A stretch of DNA of 64,000 nucleotides from Vitrella brassicaformis CCMP3155 (Eukaryota; Protista; Chromerida). The DNA lies in contig CDMY01000337.1 in the NCBI GenBank assembly GCA_001179505.1, positions 1 through 64,000 of the forward strand, read 5' to 3'. The notes under the pieces were generated by a model. It saw only the letters and a program-made list of their open reading frames with translations. It was not told the DNA's origin and made no database searches. This document shows positions 36,901 through 50,174 of this stretch, piece by piece (position 1 is the stretch's first letter; each line of letters opens with the position of its first letter). Position numbers and translations under genes: made by a program.

Positions 36901-39900
36901 CAGAAGGCACAGACAGACAGCAAGCAGCACACGAAAGAGCAGAGCAGCGTCAGCCAGCCAGCCAGCCAGCCAGCGTCCCCTGTGTATGCACCGCACGTCA
37001 CTCACGTATGCACGCATCATCCATATGACAGACAGACACGAATGGCAGGCAGGCATGAGCGAGTAAGGAAGTCATAGCACGGAAGTAAGCCCTGAGGTAG
37101 GCAGGTAGGTAGGTGGGCAGGTGGGCGAGTCAGGCCCACCAGTCGCAGAGCAGCACAGCGACCGCCATCAGTCACCCACCCATCCATCGGCCCACCCACC
37201 CCTCCACGGCCAGGCCATCCATTGGCAAAAATTCCAAACTCATGAGCATGCATCTCTCTGTCTGTCTCTCTGTCAGTGAGTAAGACCATGTATCTATCGT
37301 ATCGATGGGCGCAGGCAGGCAGGCAGGCAGGCAGGCAGGCAAGATCGGAGGGAGGAGAGCAGGCAGGCAGGACGGGATGCACTCGCTCACTCGTCCGTCC
37401 ATTGGTGCGGTGCATGGCTGCATGTGTGGGTGGATGGCGTGTGGTGGTGTGGTGTGTGTGGCTAGAAATAAAGGCTGAAAGAAAGGAGGAAGGAAGGTAA
37501 CGATTAGATCATAGCGAATAGAAAGAGATCTCAAACCAGGCCAAGGCAACGCAGCCACCGCATTGGTCGGCCACACTTGGTCGGACTTCCCCCTTTCCCA
37601 TGCCACATACCCCCCCCACACACACACGACACCACGCTCACTACTCACTTGCCAAGCTGCCGGCCCTGTCTGTCTGTCTGTCTCTATTGCACCGCACGAC
37701 CTACTCGGATCTTTCTTGACGCCCTGCGCCACACACGCACCGCGCACCAGACGCAAAGAACAAATGGCGGTGTGCAAATATGCAAGTATGTAAGCATCGG
37801 GCGGGAACCCACCAAAATCAGCGCACTCACTCACCCACCCCACCGGCAGGCAGGCAGGCACATCAATCCCTCCGTCCCTCCCTTGGGAGATCGATCGCCT
37901 CCCTCCCTCCCTCCAGAACTAGACAGACACATGATCCCCCTCGGCTTGCCCTCGTCTCATATCCGCAGCTGTCTTGACAACAGTGATCGTCAGTCAGCCT
38001 GCCTGCCTCTCTCAGCCACGTCCCCACTGATCGATCCATGGTAAGCGAGAGGACCAAAATTGCTAGTACGCTTCTCCTGTGTATGTAAATGCAGCCGGCC
38101 AGCCCTCACTGCAAGCAATGCACGACAAATAAAAGACAACCAGCCGGCAAACAGCGAACCCTTCCCTTCGTCCATCCATCCATCCATTCATCCATTGACC
38201 ACACGCAGACAGGACAGGCAGCGACACTCGAGTGAGCATCGTTGGCAGCCAGGATAGACAGAGGGGGCAGCACGGCACGCACCGGTGACTGTGAGTGAGG
38301 GAGAGTGACGGTGTCGGTGTCAGGTAGCTCGGTCTTGGTTTGAAAAACAAACAACCCTGTCTGTCTCCCTTTGCCCATCCAGTCAGCCAGCATGCCCTCA
38401 AACTCGGTCGGTGGTCAGGTCAAGTCAGTGTGCGGCCGGCCGGGTGGTCTCTGCCCGCCGTCGCGCATACATATTGTTGTGTCAAGTGGTAGTGACTGCA
38501 ATGCACACGCACACACCCAATGCATGTTATGTATGTGCCGATTCATCCCCCACAGACAGATCGACGGTCAGTACGCAGCGATTTGCGTACTATAGGTCGG
38601 TCGATCGATGGATCGGTCCCAGCCATTCATCCACCTCTCTACTTTTCTACTTACCTACCTCCCTGGCAAGACAAGACAGACATACCAGACATGCACCATG
38701 CACACATACACACACACATATACACACAAGCGCACAGAGCAGACCGACCGGTGTACGCAGTACGCAGTACGAAGGAACGGATGAGATGAGTGGATGGCTG
38801 AGTGAAAGGGCCGACGAGGAGGGAGGTAGCAGCAGCAGCCTCCTAGCAGTGAGTGACTGTACCCATACACGTACGTACGTACGGGGCGAACGACTTCTGA
38901 GAGCCAAAATCGCACGCACTTGCCCATGATACGTATCCCTCACCCCCACTGCCCATCTCTCTCTCTCTCACACAGACGGACGTCGGCTGGCTGGTTGGTT
39001 TGTTAGGTGAGTAGATGGGTGACTTGCGGTAGTGGATGATGGGTGCCATGGTGGCTGGATGGACCCACTCAAGGGATGAAGGGAGGGAGGAGACACAGAA
39101 GAGGGGAGAGAGAGAGCGAATCACATCAATCACATCACACCACACCAGAACAAAGCACACACACGGACTGCATCAAACAAGAAGGAAGGAACCATCGCTC
39201 GCATCAAGAAAGCCAGCAAGGAAGGAAAAACACAGCTGCATGGGTGGGTCGAGGCGATGTGGACTGGGCGGGGTGCCCTCTTTCGATACACTCCCGCATC
39301 CATCCATCCATCCAGGCAGGCAGGCAGGCAGGCAGAGAGACAGAGAGGTAGATGAGCGATTAGTCCCCCCCCTCACTACCTCCCCCCTCTTAAAACAACG
39401 GCATGGAAACAGGACGCAGGCAACCAGGAAGCAGGCAAGCAAGTAGGTGGGTGAGCGGGGCATTGGCTTTGGTTCCGTCTCCGCAGCCAACGGCGCATCC
39501 ACGCACGGCACGGCAGACTGAGAGTGCGCTGGAGTGGAATGGGATGGCAAACGTGTGTGTGGCATAAGAGCATGCACATGGTGGCGAAAAAATAGCCCAG
39601 AGAGCGAGCGGAAACCCACACAGGCAGACAGAAACACGGAAGGAAACACAGAGAGTGAGTGAGTGAGCACGCCACGCACGGCCGTATATCGACGAAAAAG
39701 ACAGACAGGCCAAACAAACTCGTCGTCGAGGGGAGGGGGAGGGAGTCGTGGATGAGTCAACGGAGACAGACAAGTGCTGCAGTGCACGCAACACACCCGC
39801 ACCCACACCCAGGCACACGCAGGCATCCACCAGGCCAGGCGAGATAAAATAACACAACACACATGCCATCCATCAACAGGAAATCCACGATGGCACCCGT

Positions 39901-41784
39901 ACATCCATGACATGAAGCAAGCAACAGCCGAGCCGACCGCCTCCCTCCCTCCCTCCTTGGCGAAAAACCATGGTGTGGTGAGTGGTGGATTGATAACAGG
40001 CAAACAGCCAGCCAGCCAGCCAGCCAGGCCGACCGACCGACCGACCGGCCGACCGACCGACCGACCGACCGACCGACCAGTGAGGTGACCAACAGGGAAA
40101 ATTGACCGCAGAGTACTCGCCTTCCTTGCTTGAGTCAGTCAGTCAGTGTCAGTCAGCCAGGAGCGTACGTATGGATGCATGGGTATGAACGGCAGGGCGT
40201 GCGAGCGACTTGGCAGCGAGAGGTGACTCAGTCTGTGAGTTAGTCAGCCAGCCAACCACAAAAATGCCCGCCGCAGAGAGACAGAGGGAGGGAACGAGTG
40301 CAATCACCGCTGCCACAGCCAGCCCAGCCCCCCTGCACATCACTCATGTCTGTCATGTAGCTAACCGCTCGTTGGCCTCGTGTGTGAAAGAGCCGTTGAC
40401 AAAAAGCCAGACAGGCCGACAGACAGACAGACAATCCACAGACAGACAGACAGCGATGGTGAGAAAACATGCATACATAACATGCACTGATATGCTGCGT
40501 GCACTGCACGTGTGTAGGCAGATAGATCGGTTCGGTGGGGGTGGGGTGAGTGGGTGTGCGGTGCTGCCGCAGCGCCGGCCACAAATAGTGATCTCTGGTC
40601 AACCAAGAGGACAAAAGAGCCATCCATCCATCAATAATCTGACTGAAGGAGCGGGCGAGCCTACAAATAGCAGAATGGTGCGTGACGGACTGACCTCATG
40701 GGTGGGTGCGTCGGTGGGCGGGTGCATACGTGCCGAGACAGACAGACATATAGGCGAGACGTCGGACGGACAGACAGAGTGGAATTACATACAGGTATTC
40801 GCAGAGCTGAGCTGAAATGAGCTGACTGAACTGGTTGGTGTACGAAAGACCCGCCGCACAGCCGAACAGGCACTCACACGCACGCACGCACACAACATAC
40901 CCGACAGACAGACAGACAGCAGGTGAGAAAACGCCCCAGCCTGTATGAGATGAACGAGGTATTGGTTACATACATACAGCAAAGACAAGAGAGCCAGTGG
41001 TGTGGCTGGGCTGAGTGGGTGAGTGAGGATGGGCCCAAAAAAACACAGCACAACACACAACACGACACACAGCTCACAACACAGAACATCAATCACAGCA
41101 CACACAGCACAAGTGCGTCACGCGTCACCACATCGCGTCAGTCAACAAAGCGAGAAAAATGCCAGTGGCCCTCCATCCATTCAATCTTTCTGACATCGTC
41201 ACTTTCTTCTGGGCGGAGAAAGTGTGCCTTAGTGCGTGCTTGGTGGATTGATTCATTGAATGAGCCGGGCAGCATGGTGGGCTGGCTAATTAAAGCACTA
41301 TTCAAGCATCGATCGCAGCACAAGCACACAGACAGACAGAGGCAAGGAGGGAGGACCTGGCACGGGCATCAAAGCTTGGTGAAAGAGACATGGGAGGCGT
41401 GTGGGGTACACAGCGATGCGCGACAAGCGAACAGGAAGACAGGTGAGGCAGGCAATGAATGAACTTAGAGAAGCGAGCGAGCAAAGGAGGCAGGCAAGAA
41501 GCAGGCCACAAATATCCATACTTGCTTAGGAAGCCAAGACAGACAGACAGACAGATGGACAGGTGGGCGAATGAGCAGGCAGGCAGGCAGGCAGGAGTGA
41601 GTGGGTAATAGAGGGTAGCCAGGAACTGGTATGTAGCCGTGTGTGTCGTGCCGTGCCATGATATGTCATTCATGTACATGTGTGTGTGTGTGTGTGCCGT
41701 ATGTATGTATGTACGCAAGGCAGGAAGACAGTCAGACGTGTGTACGCCGTGCAAACAACGGTACCCTCCCCGTCCCCTCTCCTC

Positions 41785-41822
<38 letters not shown>

Positions 41823-43290
41823 TCTCAGTCCGGCTTTAGCGAGGTTGAGAACATCCATCCATCCATCCATCCAAACACAGGTACGCATACAAGTCAGGTA
41901 GCTATGCTATTCTACTCTTTGGGGCATTTCCGCCGATTGATTGATTCATTGACTGGTTCTTACATTCCCTCCCGTCTCGCCTCTCATCACTCGCGCACCT
42001 CTCTGCCTTAACAAGGTCACTCATTCACTCTCACCACTGGTCGACGGACATGCCATGCGACTGCCTGAAGCCATCCATCCATCCATCCCTCCATCCATCC
42101 CTTACCACGAGCAACCGGGGGAAAACGATCAGGAACCATTCGTCGCAATCAGCCATTCAAGCAGTGTCGTGTCATGTTATGTTGTGTTATGTGGTGGCGG
42201 ATGGCAAAACGGTCGTCGAAAAGGCAGACGAGCAGGCAGGCAGGTCTCTCTCTCTCCCGCTGGAATGCAGCCAGTTTTCATGTACTCATGGGGTTTGCAT
42301 GTATGCATGTACGTACGTACGTATGTATGTATGTATGTACGCACATCCATGCCATGATCGAACGCATCGCATCGGGTCGCGACATTCATGCACATGTGTG
42401 AATGGATGGCTTCAAACACCGCTGCCAGGCCCCCAGGCAGACGGGGGGGGGGGGGGGGNNNNNNNNNNNNNNNNNNNNNNNNNNNNNNNNNNNNNNNNNN
42501 NNNNNNNNNNNNNNNNNNNNNNNNNNNNNNNNNNNNNNNNNNNNNNNNNNNNNNNNNNNNNNNNNNNNNNNNNNNNNNNNNNNNNNNNNNNNNNNNNNNN
42601 NNNNNNNNNNNNNNNNNNNNNNNNNNNNNNNNNNNNNNNNNNNNNNNNNNNNNNNNNNNNNNNNNNNNNNNNNNNNNNNNNNNNNNNNNNNNNNNNNNNN
42701 NNNNNNNNNNNNNNNNNNNNNNNNNNNNNNNNNNNNNNNNNNNNNNNNNNNNNNNNNNGGGGGGGGGGGGGGGGGCGTTGCGCCCGCTCGCCCTACTGAA
42801 TGAATGAATGTTAGTACTTACTTAGTTACTTGCTTACTTACACACACGCAAGCTAGTCACGTCACACACATTACGCTGACAAGGGGATCAAAAAGATGCA
42901 ATGAATGACACAAATGGTGCCGGCCGGCCTGCTTGCAGGCAAGTCTCGCCTCGCCTCGCCTGGCCTGGCCTGGCCTCGCCTGTGCGTCATGTCATGTCAT
43001 GTCATGCCGTGTGGTGTCAATCCTGCCTCTGGAGAGATCCCAAGACACCACTGGGAGGACACAAGCAAAGCCGAGAAGGGAGGAGATGAGAGATACAGAT
43101 GGGTAGAGAGAGGCAGCCACTTGCCAAATGTACGGTAGGTACACATCACGGTACACATCAAAACCCTCCCTGCCTCCCTCCCTCAGGAGCCACTGCACCG
43201 AAACATACACACACGGACACACACGACTACCCAGCCACCCAGCCACCCGGACATGGACCGACCCCCTCTCGTCATAGACATACAGACACC
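33990..43290. repeat. About 9.3 kb non-coding stretch dense in microsatellites (CAGA, GCAG, ATCC, CA, CCGA, GA)
   Basis: All listed ORFs here are microsatellite translations (CV, TH, QT, PSI repeats); no domain or coding-like exon found. Confidence 0.7.
42459..42758. other. Assembly gap (300 N) flanked on both sides by poly-G
   Basis: Run of N between long G homopolymers. Confidence 0.99.
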
Positions 43291-43291
43291 T

Positions 43292-46200
43292 TCACCGGAT
43301 CCGCTGCTGCTGTGCCAAGGGGGCTGCCGTCGGCCACGCATGCACCAGACCATGGTGAGCGTGGGGGTGATACCCACCAGAAGGTGCCGCCGGCGCTCCC
43401 ACGGGCGTCTTCCCGCCGGCCTGTGTGGCTTGTGGTGGCATTGGCAGCAGGCCGCCGCTGCCGTGGTCCTGCCAGCTGGCCGTGTAGGGTGACACGACAG
43501 GTGGAGGGGGGTAGGGGCCACCACCACCAGCCATCAGGGCCGACGACGATACGGGCGGGCTCGGGGCACCCGTGGGTGAGGGGAAGGGCCCGGTGGCGGC
43601 GCGCTTGGGCAGCTGCTGTGTCGGCATGGGCGCTGCCGGTATCGCTGAGGGATGGTGATGCGTCGGGGGCATCACAGCACGGTGGTCATGGGCACCAGAC
43701 GCAGCCGCCAGGTGCGTCACCTGCTGCTGCTGGTGCTGCAGGTTGCCGGTCGTCGCCCAGTGGCCGCCTGACAGGTACAGCCCGCTGGAGGCGTCCCCCT
43801 GCCCCGCTGTGGCTGCGTGTGTGAGTGGGCTGTGGTGTGGCATCGCCGCATCGCCTCTGGTGTGTGGCAGCGGGGCGCCAGTGGGGAGGCTCTGCGACGA
43901 CGAGGGGAGGAATGGGGTCGGGCTCTGCTGTGCCATGGACGCCGGATGCGATGCGGCGTAGTAGCTCTGCTGTTGCTGTTGGTGCTGTTGCTGGTGTGGG
44001 GGTGGGTGTCGGTCGTCATGCTGCCATGGGTTGGGCATCGGCAGGGAGCCTGCGATCGTGGCCCGATGGAGGGTGGGGAGACCCATGTGCCGCTGCTCGG
44101 GTAGGTCGAGAGCTGACGTCGTGACGCCCACGCTCCTGCTCACTGCGGCAGACGCCTCAGGCTGCAAGGGGCTGGCACCCTCCGGTGGGTATGGATAGGG
44201 CTGGCTGTAGAGGTGGCTGTGCGACGTGGTGGTGGTGGTGGTGGCGGCGTGTGCGACCCCACTCCCGCCGCTGCTGCCGGCTCCTGTCTCTGGCACGATG
44301 ACGCGGATTTGCTTCTTGGCGATCTCTGCCTGGTTCTCGCGGATCTTGCCCAGCAGCAAGATGTGGGCCGTGTGCACGCCCTCCACCGTGCCTAACGCAC
44401 AAAACACACACGACAGACAGACAGACAGGCAAGAGACGGGGGCAGTGAGTGGACGGGAAACGGTGCAGCGACCGTATATGGTTTGTGGTTGCTGGCTCAC
44501 CGCTGATGGTCACTCGCCGGTTGAGAGAGCCTGAGAGCCACAACACAGCACCATGCACGCAGGAGCGTGAACGAAGCGCATGAAAGGTGGGACGCTGTCG
44601 TGCTCACCAGGTATGAAGACGCCCTTCTGCGAGACTTGGATCTTGGTGTCAGACACCTTCATGATTTCGGATATGTGGGCGCCTCCCTTGCCGATCATCG
44701 CCCCCACCATCGAGTCAGCCACCGGCAGATCGATGTCACACTGACCGCTGAACACACCTACACACATATGGCCAGCCAACCAACAGACGAAGACGCATTC
44801 AGTCAGAAGTCCACAGATATCCCTCTGTGGCGCACACAGTGGTGGCTGTACCTCTGAGAGTGTCAACAGCTTCTCCGTTGGTCCCGTCTGGCTCGGGTGC
44901 CCCGAGTTTCATCAGCGCACCACTCAGCCGAGCACGTGCCAGTCCAGCCGACGAGCCGCAGCCGCTCTCTCCCGCACCACCACAGCCACCGCCGTCCGCC
45001 CCACCCACACCCACACCCACCTGGTCAGTCCCCATGCCGCCGTGGGCAGCGGAGGAAGCGACCAGCCCGTAGCTCGAGGGCGACGCGTCTGCCCCACCCT
45101 TCTTGTAGTGCGTGTGTGTCTGGTAGGTCACCCATGGCCCGTCGCTGTCGGTGACGCCGGTCGACTCGCTCGTGAGGAATGGTGTGCCGGTGAAGGTCTT
45201 GCTGCCTTCGCTGTGGGACGACACCTGCGACCCCGACGTGACGATGGGCGCCGCGGGGGGCGTGGCCGCCTTGGACGACGGCGGGAGGGGGTGGGACTGG
45301 GGTGCGTGGTGGCTGCCGCTGCTGCTGTGGTTGGTGTTGGGGGACTTCTGGTAAGAGAGTTGAAGGTGGTTTTGCAGGTTGGGGTCCGACTGGATGTGTC
45401 GCACGACGAACTCCACCGCAGGCTTGATGCACGAGAAGGCGCCCGTCACGTGCACTATCCGCTCCAGCAGACCCTCCTCCCTGCAATGGCAGCAGATGCA
45501 GAAACACCCACACCACACGCACATCTGTCGATTCGACGTGACCACGTATGAGGGCCTGGCATGGGGTGCGTACCTGTTGGAGATCTGTATCTTGGTCTTG
45601 GTTTGTGACTGCAGCTGCTGTATGGTGGCGCCGCCCTTGCCGATGAGCCCGCTGACGGCCGACTTGGGCACGACGATCTTGAGGGTGAATTTGGGGTCGA
45701 CAGCCATGCCGATGACGCCCCTGTCTGGGGCCATGATGGTGTGGGCGTCGTCACTGGCGTCGTGGTGGATGAGCATGTGCATGGGGGAGCGAGGGTGGTG
45801 GGGCGGGTGTGTGTGTGTGTGGTGGGGCTGCAGGTTGGACTGGCTGCTCGACGTCGATGTGGCGCTGTCGTTGCCGTCGGCCACGTGGAAGGAGCGGGAC
45901 CGCTGGTGGAGGTGGGGGCGGTCGTCGCTCGAAGACTCGGCCTCGGTCTGAATGGCCGACTCACGAAGCTTCTCCTGCACCACACACGCGGAGAGGGGGA
46001 GGGGGGTGGAATGGGCGTTGGTTGGTGCACTGTCAGAGCGTCTTTTGGCGTAGGGGAGGTACCAACCATTATGTGTTTGATTGCGCTGAGCACGTCGGTG
46101 ATTTGTCCGGTGATGAGGACCACTCTGTCGGTGGTGTTGGGGAAGTAGTCGTTCGGGGGAGACAGGCGCATCGTGCAACCGCTCAGCTTCTCTATCTGAC

Positions 46201-46670
46201 TTATCACATTCCCTGCAAGGCAACACACACACACACACACACACAAAGAAAATGCCACAACCGTCCGGCTCCATGTCTGTGTGAGTTTGTGCCCCATTGA
46301 CCGCTTCTGCCGATGACGGCGCCTGCCACCATGTTGTTGACGAGGAGCTTCGCAAAACACGGACCTCGCGTCTACCACACACACACACAGACAGAGCAGT
46401 GACGGCAGTGACAGCACGAATCAGCCATACATCCCGTCTGTCTGTCTGTCTGTGTGTCCGCCTGGCTGTCTTGGTGTGTGAGCTGACCACGGAGCTTTTG
46501 TGTCCGTTGAGTTGGTGTCGTGGCGGGTTGTATGCCGGCGGCAGCGAGACGACAGTGACCACAGGACCTCCGTCTCCCTTGATGTCTGTCTCAGACGCGG
46601 GTGTGCCGGCGGGGAGGTGGCCGCCTCGGTGGGCCATGTCATACTCGTATATGTCCGCCGCACACGTCAT
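43292..46670 (-). CDS. Triple KH-domain RNA-binding protein, NOVA/BTR1-like, with a long Q/P/H-rich C-terminal tail
   Basis: KH1 KLLVNNMVAGAVIGRSG|NVISQIEKLSGCTMRLSPPNDYFPNTTDRVVLITG; KH2 LKIVVPKSAVSGLIGKGGATIQQLQ; KH3 IDLPVADSMVGAMIGKGGAHISEIMKVSDTKIQVSQKG. The YFPxTxxRV loop and SQKG are NOVA-like. Confidence 0.88.
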
Positions 46671-47066
46671 CAGAACCACCGCCACAACTCCTTCTGAGGT
46701 GTGTCAACGGACAACCCACCCCAAGGCCAGCCGCAAAAGAGAAGAGCGAGGAGGCAGTGCTGCAGGGCACGTTATCGCGAACGAACAACGTCCATGTCAG
46801 AAAAATGCAAAGGGCTTTGAAGAGCTGACGACCGAGGCTGACCAAGCTGCCAAGTGGTGGGTGACGGCAGACGAGCACGGAGGAAGTGAAGTGGGTGTGC
46901 TCAGGTGTGCTCAGCAGATCCAAGCCGAAAGATCTGACACCCTGCAGCTGCGCGCTCAGAGCCTTATTTGATGCAAGCTCAGGCTTGAATGCGACCTGTG
47001 TGAAGATCTCCTGTCAGGAATGCGGGGTGTGGTCTGCTGGGTTGTTGGTGAAGGGTGAGAATCGCC

Positions 47067-49463
47067 ATGGCATCATACGCTGCCGCAGTGCTGATCTTCG
47101 CCTTGCAAATGGGTGGGTTTGCGGCAGGAGTCATATCAGCGCATCAACGCTGTGGAGTCATCTCATCGCATCAACGCTCATCCCCGTCTTTCATCCCCCT
47201 CCTCCCAGCCCTTCGCCAACGCCCATCAGATGGCCGCCTGCACCTTGCCCGCCGCTCTGCGTCGACCAAGCTCGATGAGGAGAAGCTGCGCAATGAGCTG
47301 GCCTCGCGCAACGTCGATGCGGCGGAGTCTGCACTGGGGGAAGTGGATGTCGGGGGCGGTCTGTTGAAGGATCTAGTCAAACCAAGACCTTATGCAGCTG
47401 TCGTGACTCAGAAGTTCATCGAGAATGTCGATGACTTCCTGGTCTCTCTGAGGCAGCGGCCGTCGGCGAGAGGTGCTGAGAAGGGCAAGAGGGAGCGCAT
47501 AGTGGTGCTGGGCACTGGGTGGGGGTCGCACGCCTTCCTGTCAACGGTGGATGCGTCCAAGTATGAGGTGATAGTGATTAGCCCGAGGAACTTCTTCCTC
47601 TTCACGCCGATGCTCGCGGGGGCGGCCCTCGGCACTGTAGAGTACAGATCTATCACTGGTCAGTGAGGATACGATGCGCCAACACACGAAGCTGTTCTGC
47701 TTTTTGGTTTTGCTGATTTCCTCTTCCCCCCTCTGTCTTGTCTGTCTGTGCACAGATCCCATCCGCAATGTGAACCCGCTTGTGGACTACTATGAGGCCA
47801 CCTGCACGGACATCGATCCGGTCAAGAAGACGGTGGCGTGTCAGTCAGTGGTGTGTGAGGGCACCTCATGCACCATCGAGCAGTTCGAGGTGCCATACGA
47901 CCGCCTGCTCATCGGGGTCGGCGCACAGACCGCCACTTATAACATTCCCGGTGTGAAGGAGCACTGCCAGTTCCTCAAACAGGTCACACACTGGGCCAGG
48001 CTCACGCATGAGTGCAGAGAGCCATCCCACCCATGGTTTTGGTTGCCGTGTTCATTATATCAGGTTGGCGACGCCAAGAAGCTGCGTCGTGCGATAGGGA
48101 ACGTGTTTGAGCGTGCCAACATCCCTGGTCTGAGCGATGCGCAGCGGCAGGCCATCCTCACCTTTGTGGTCGTGGGGGCCGGCCCCACCGGCGTGGAGCT
48201 CATGTCGGAGCTGCTCGACTTCGTCGAACAAGACGTGCCGAGGTGAGTGAGCGTTATGTAGGTGGAGAGCGAGGGACGGTGGTGTCATGACCGACGCGGG
48301 CTTGATTGCGTACATGTGCAGGTACTATCCTCATCTGCTGCAGCACGTCCGTGTCAAGCTGGTTGAGGCCACCGATACGGTCCTCATGGCCTTCGACGAG
48401 TCGCTCAGGCAAAAGGCTGCAGAGGTAGGTGAGAGAGGGGAGGAAGGGAAGAATGTCAAGCGGATGGATGCTCGCTCTGCCCGCCTGCATTTTGTTCAGC
48501 GTTTGCTGAGTCGTCCTGATCGTCTTGTGGCGAGAGGTCTGCTGGACGCCTCGGCCGATCCGCTGACAGAGATCAAGCTTCAGGCGGGCGTCAAAGAGAT
48601 CACCGACACAGAGGTGGTCCTCACCAATGGGGACAGAGTCGCATACGGCCTGGTCGTGTGGGCAGCAGGTATGCCCACTCTTTAACAACACAAACAGGTG
48701 CACCCTTCACTCATTGGCTGTGTGGATGGGATGGGATGGAATGGAATGGAATGCAGGCAACGGTCCCCTTCCTTTGGTGCTGAGCGCGATTGACAAGTTT
48801 TCCGAGCAGAAGGCGGCGCAGTCCAAGGCGAGGGGGCGGCTGGTGGTCGACCCATGGCTCCGGGTCAAAGGCGCTGACGACATCTTCGCCATCGGAGACT
48901 GCACACTCATGGACGAAACACCCCTGCCCGCCACCGCACAGGTGAATGCACTACACCCACACCAACCTGTCACTCACCTGTGTCTCTGGCTGCGTATCAC
49001 GTGTGTCTTGTGCAGGTGGCCAGTCAGCAGGGTGCGTTTCTGGGCCGGCTGCTGAACCACGATGTGGATCTCAGGGCACACCCGATCCCGAAGCGGCTGG
49101 GGAGGAGGGGCTCCCTGAGTGAGGTGTTGATCGACGGTTCCAACGATTACCCCAAGGCCTTCCAGTTCCTCAACCTGGGAATCCTCGCATACACGGGGGA
49201 CAACAGCGCGCTCGCGCAAGTGCAGGTGCGCGGGTGGTAATGAATCGATGTGCGCCATAAGCTCTCTGTGTCTGTCTGTCTCTGTGTGTCGTGTTTGTCG
49301 TCAGTTTGATCAGAATGTTATCAAGCAGGCTGGCACGGTTGGGTGGCTTCTATGGCGAGGGGTATATTTGTCCAAGCAGGTGTCTTGGAGGAACCGCTTC
49401 CTCGTGGGTGTCGACTGGCTCAAGACCAGGATGTTCGGCCGGGATATCTGCAGGGACTACTGA
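47067..49463 (+). CDS. Type II NADH:quinone oxidoreductase (NDH-2) with signal peptide plus transit-peptide-like extension; 7 exons
   Basis: RIVVLGTGWG, ISPRNFFLFTPMLAG, YDRLLIGVGA, VVVGAGPTGVEL, KLVEA, IFAIGDC, LPATAQ|VASQQG, FQFLNLGILAY, WRGVYLSKQVSWRNRFLVGVDWLKTRMFGRD. N-terminus MASYAAAVLIFALQMGGFAAG. Confidence 0.95.
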
Positions 49464-50174
49464 CTGATAGGTCTGATGGCGCAATCAGTGCAGTGACTGC
49501 ATGCATGGATGAACTACCAATACATACATTCGTACATGTCTATGGACACAAGCGCCATCTGGCGCCGATTTTGTCGATAACATCTGGCCATGTCTTGCTT
49601 CGGTCGCGCATTTGAGCATGTGCAGACCACACACTCGTCGTGGAGACACACATCTATAGACAATGGAGACCACCATAAATACGACGCATGCATCGTCGCT
49701 AAAATCTTGGTTCTTCACCCGCATCAAACCTGAGACTGGCCAGCACACTCACCAAACGCGGTAGGCTGGGAACTTTCTCTTCGCAATCCGAACACGTCGA
49801 TGAACACGGGAAAGGGGGGCGCGCAGATGTACGTATGCGTCGAGGGAGTAGGTGGAGACGGCGTGTCTGTCTCCCTCTATTCCCTCTTCCCTTCTTCGGT
49901 CGGATGTCCCGACCTGCACTTGTGAGCACGAATACATCCATCTCAATGCATGGTCGACCTCGTTTGCCAGACATTGATGTGTGCACGTGTAGGTATGGCT
50001 TGGGTGCAGAGAGGGGAAGGACGGACCGGACCGACGGACGGATACGTGCGTATGCATCATCCTTGAATGAATACCGTGATTCCACACACACTTATATCCA
50101 TGTCTCAGCCAAGGCCGCGTTTCCTCAGAAAAGACATTAATCGTCACATAAGCCTAAGTGCTCGACCATCTACC

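Noticed and set aside
42443-42776. Poly-G tracts at gap edges as G-quadruplex elements
   Set aside because: Length is unknown and the tracts coincide with assembly breaks; most simply homopolymers that stopped assembly.
34000-43290. Dozens of 60-280 aa ORFs in the non-coding interval
   Set aside because: They are translations of CA, CAGA, ATCC and GCAG microsatellites.
49699-50091. Possible small minus-strand gene MSGKRGRP…CSSTCSDCEEK between NDH-2 and the membrane protein
   Set aside because: No homology recognised and no workable splice or stop structure; may be 3'UTR sequence.
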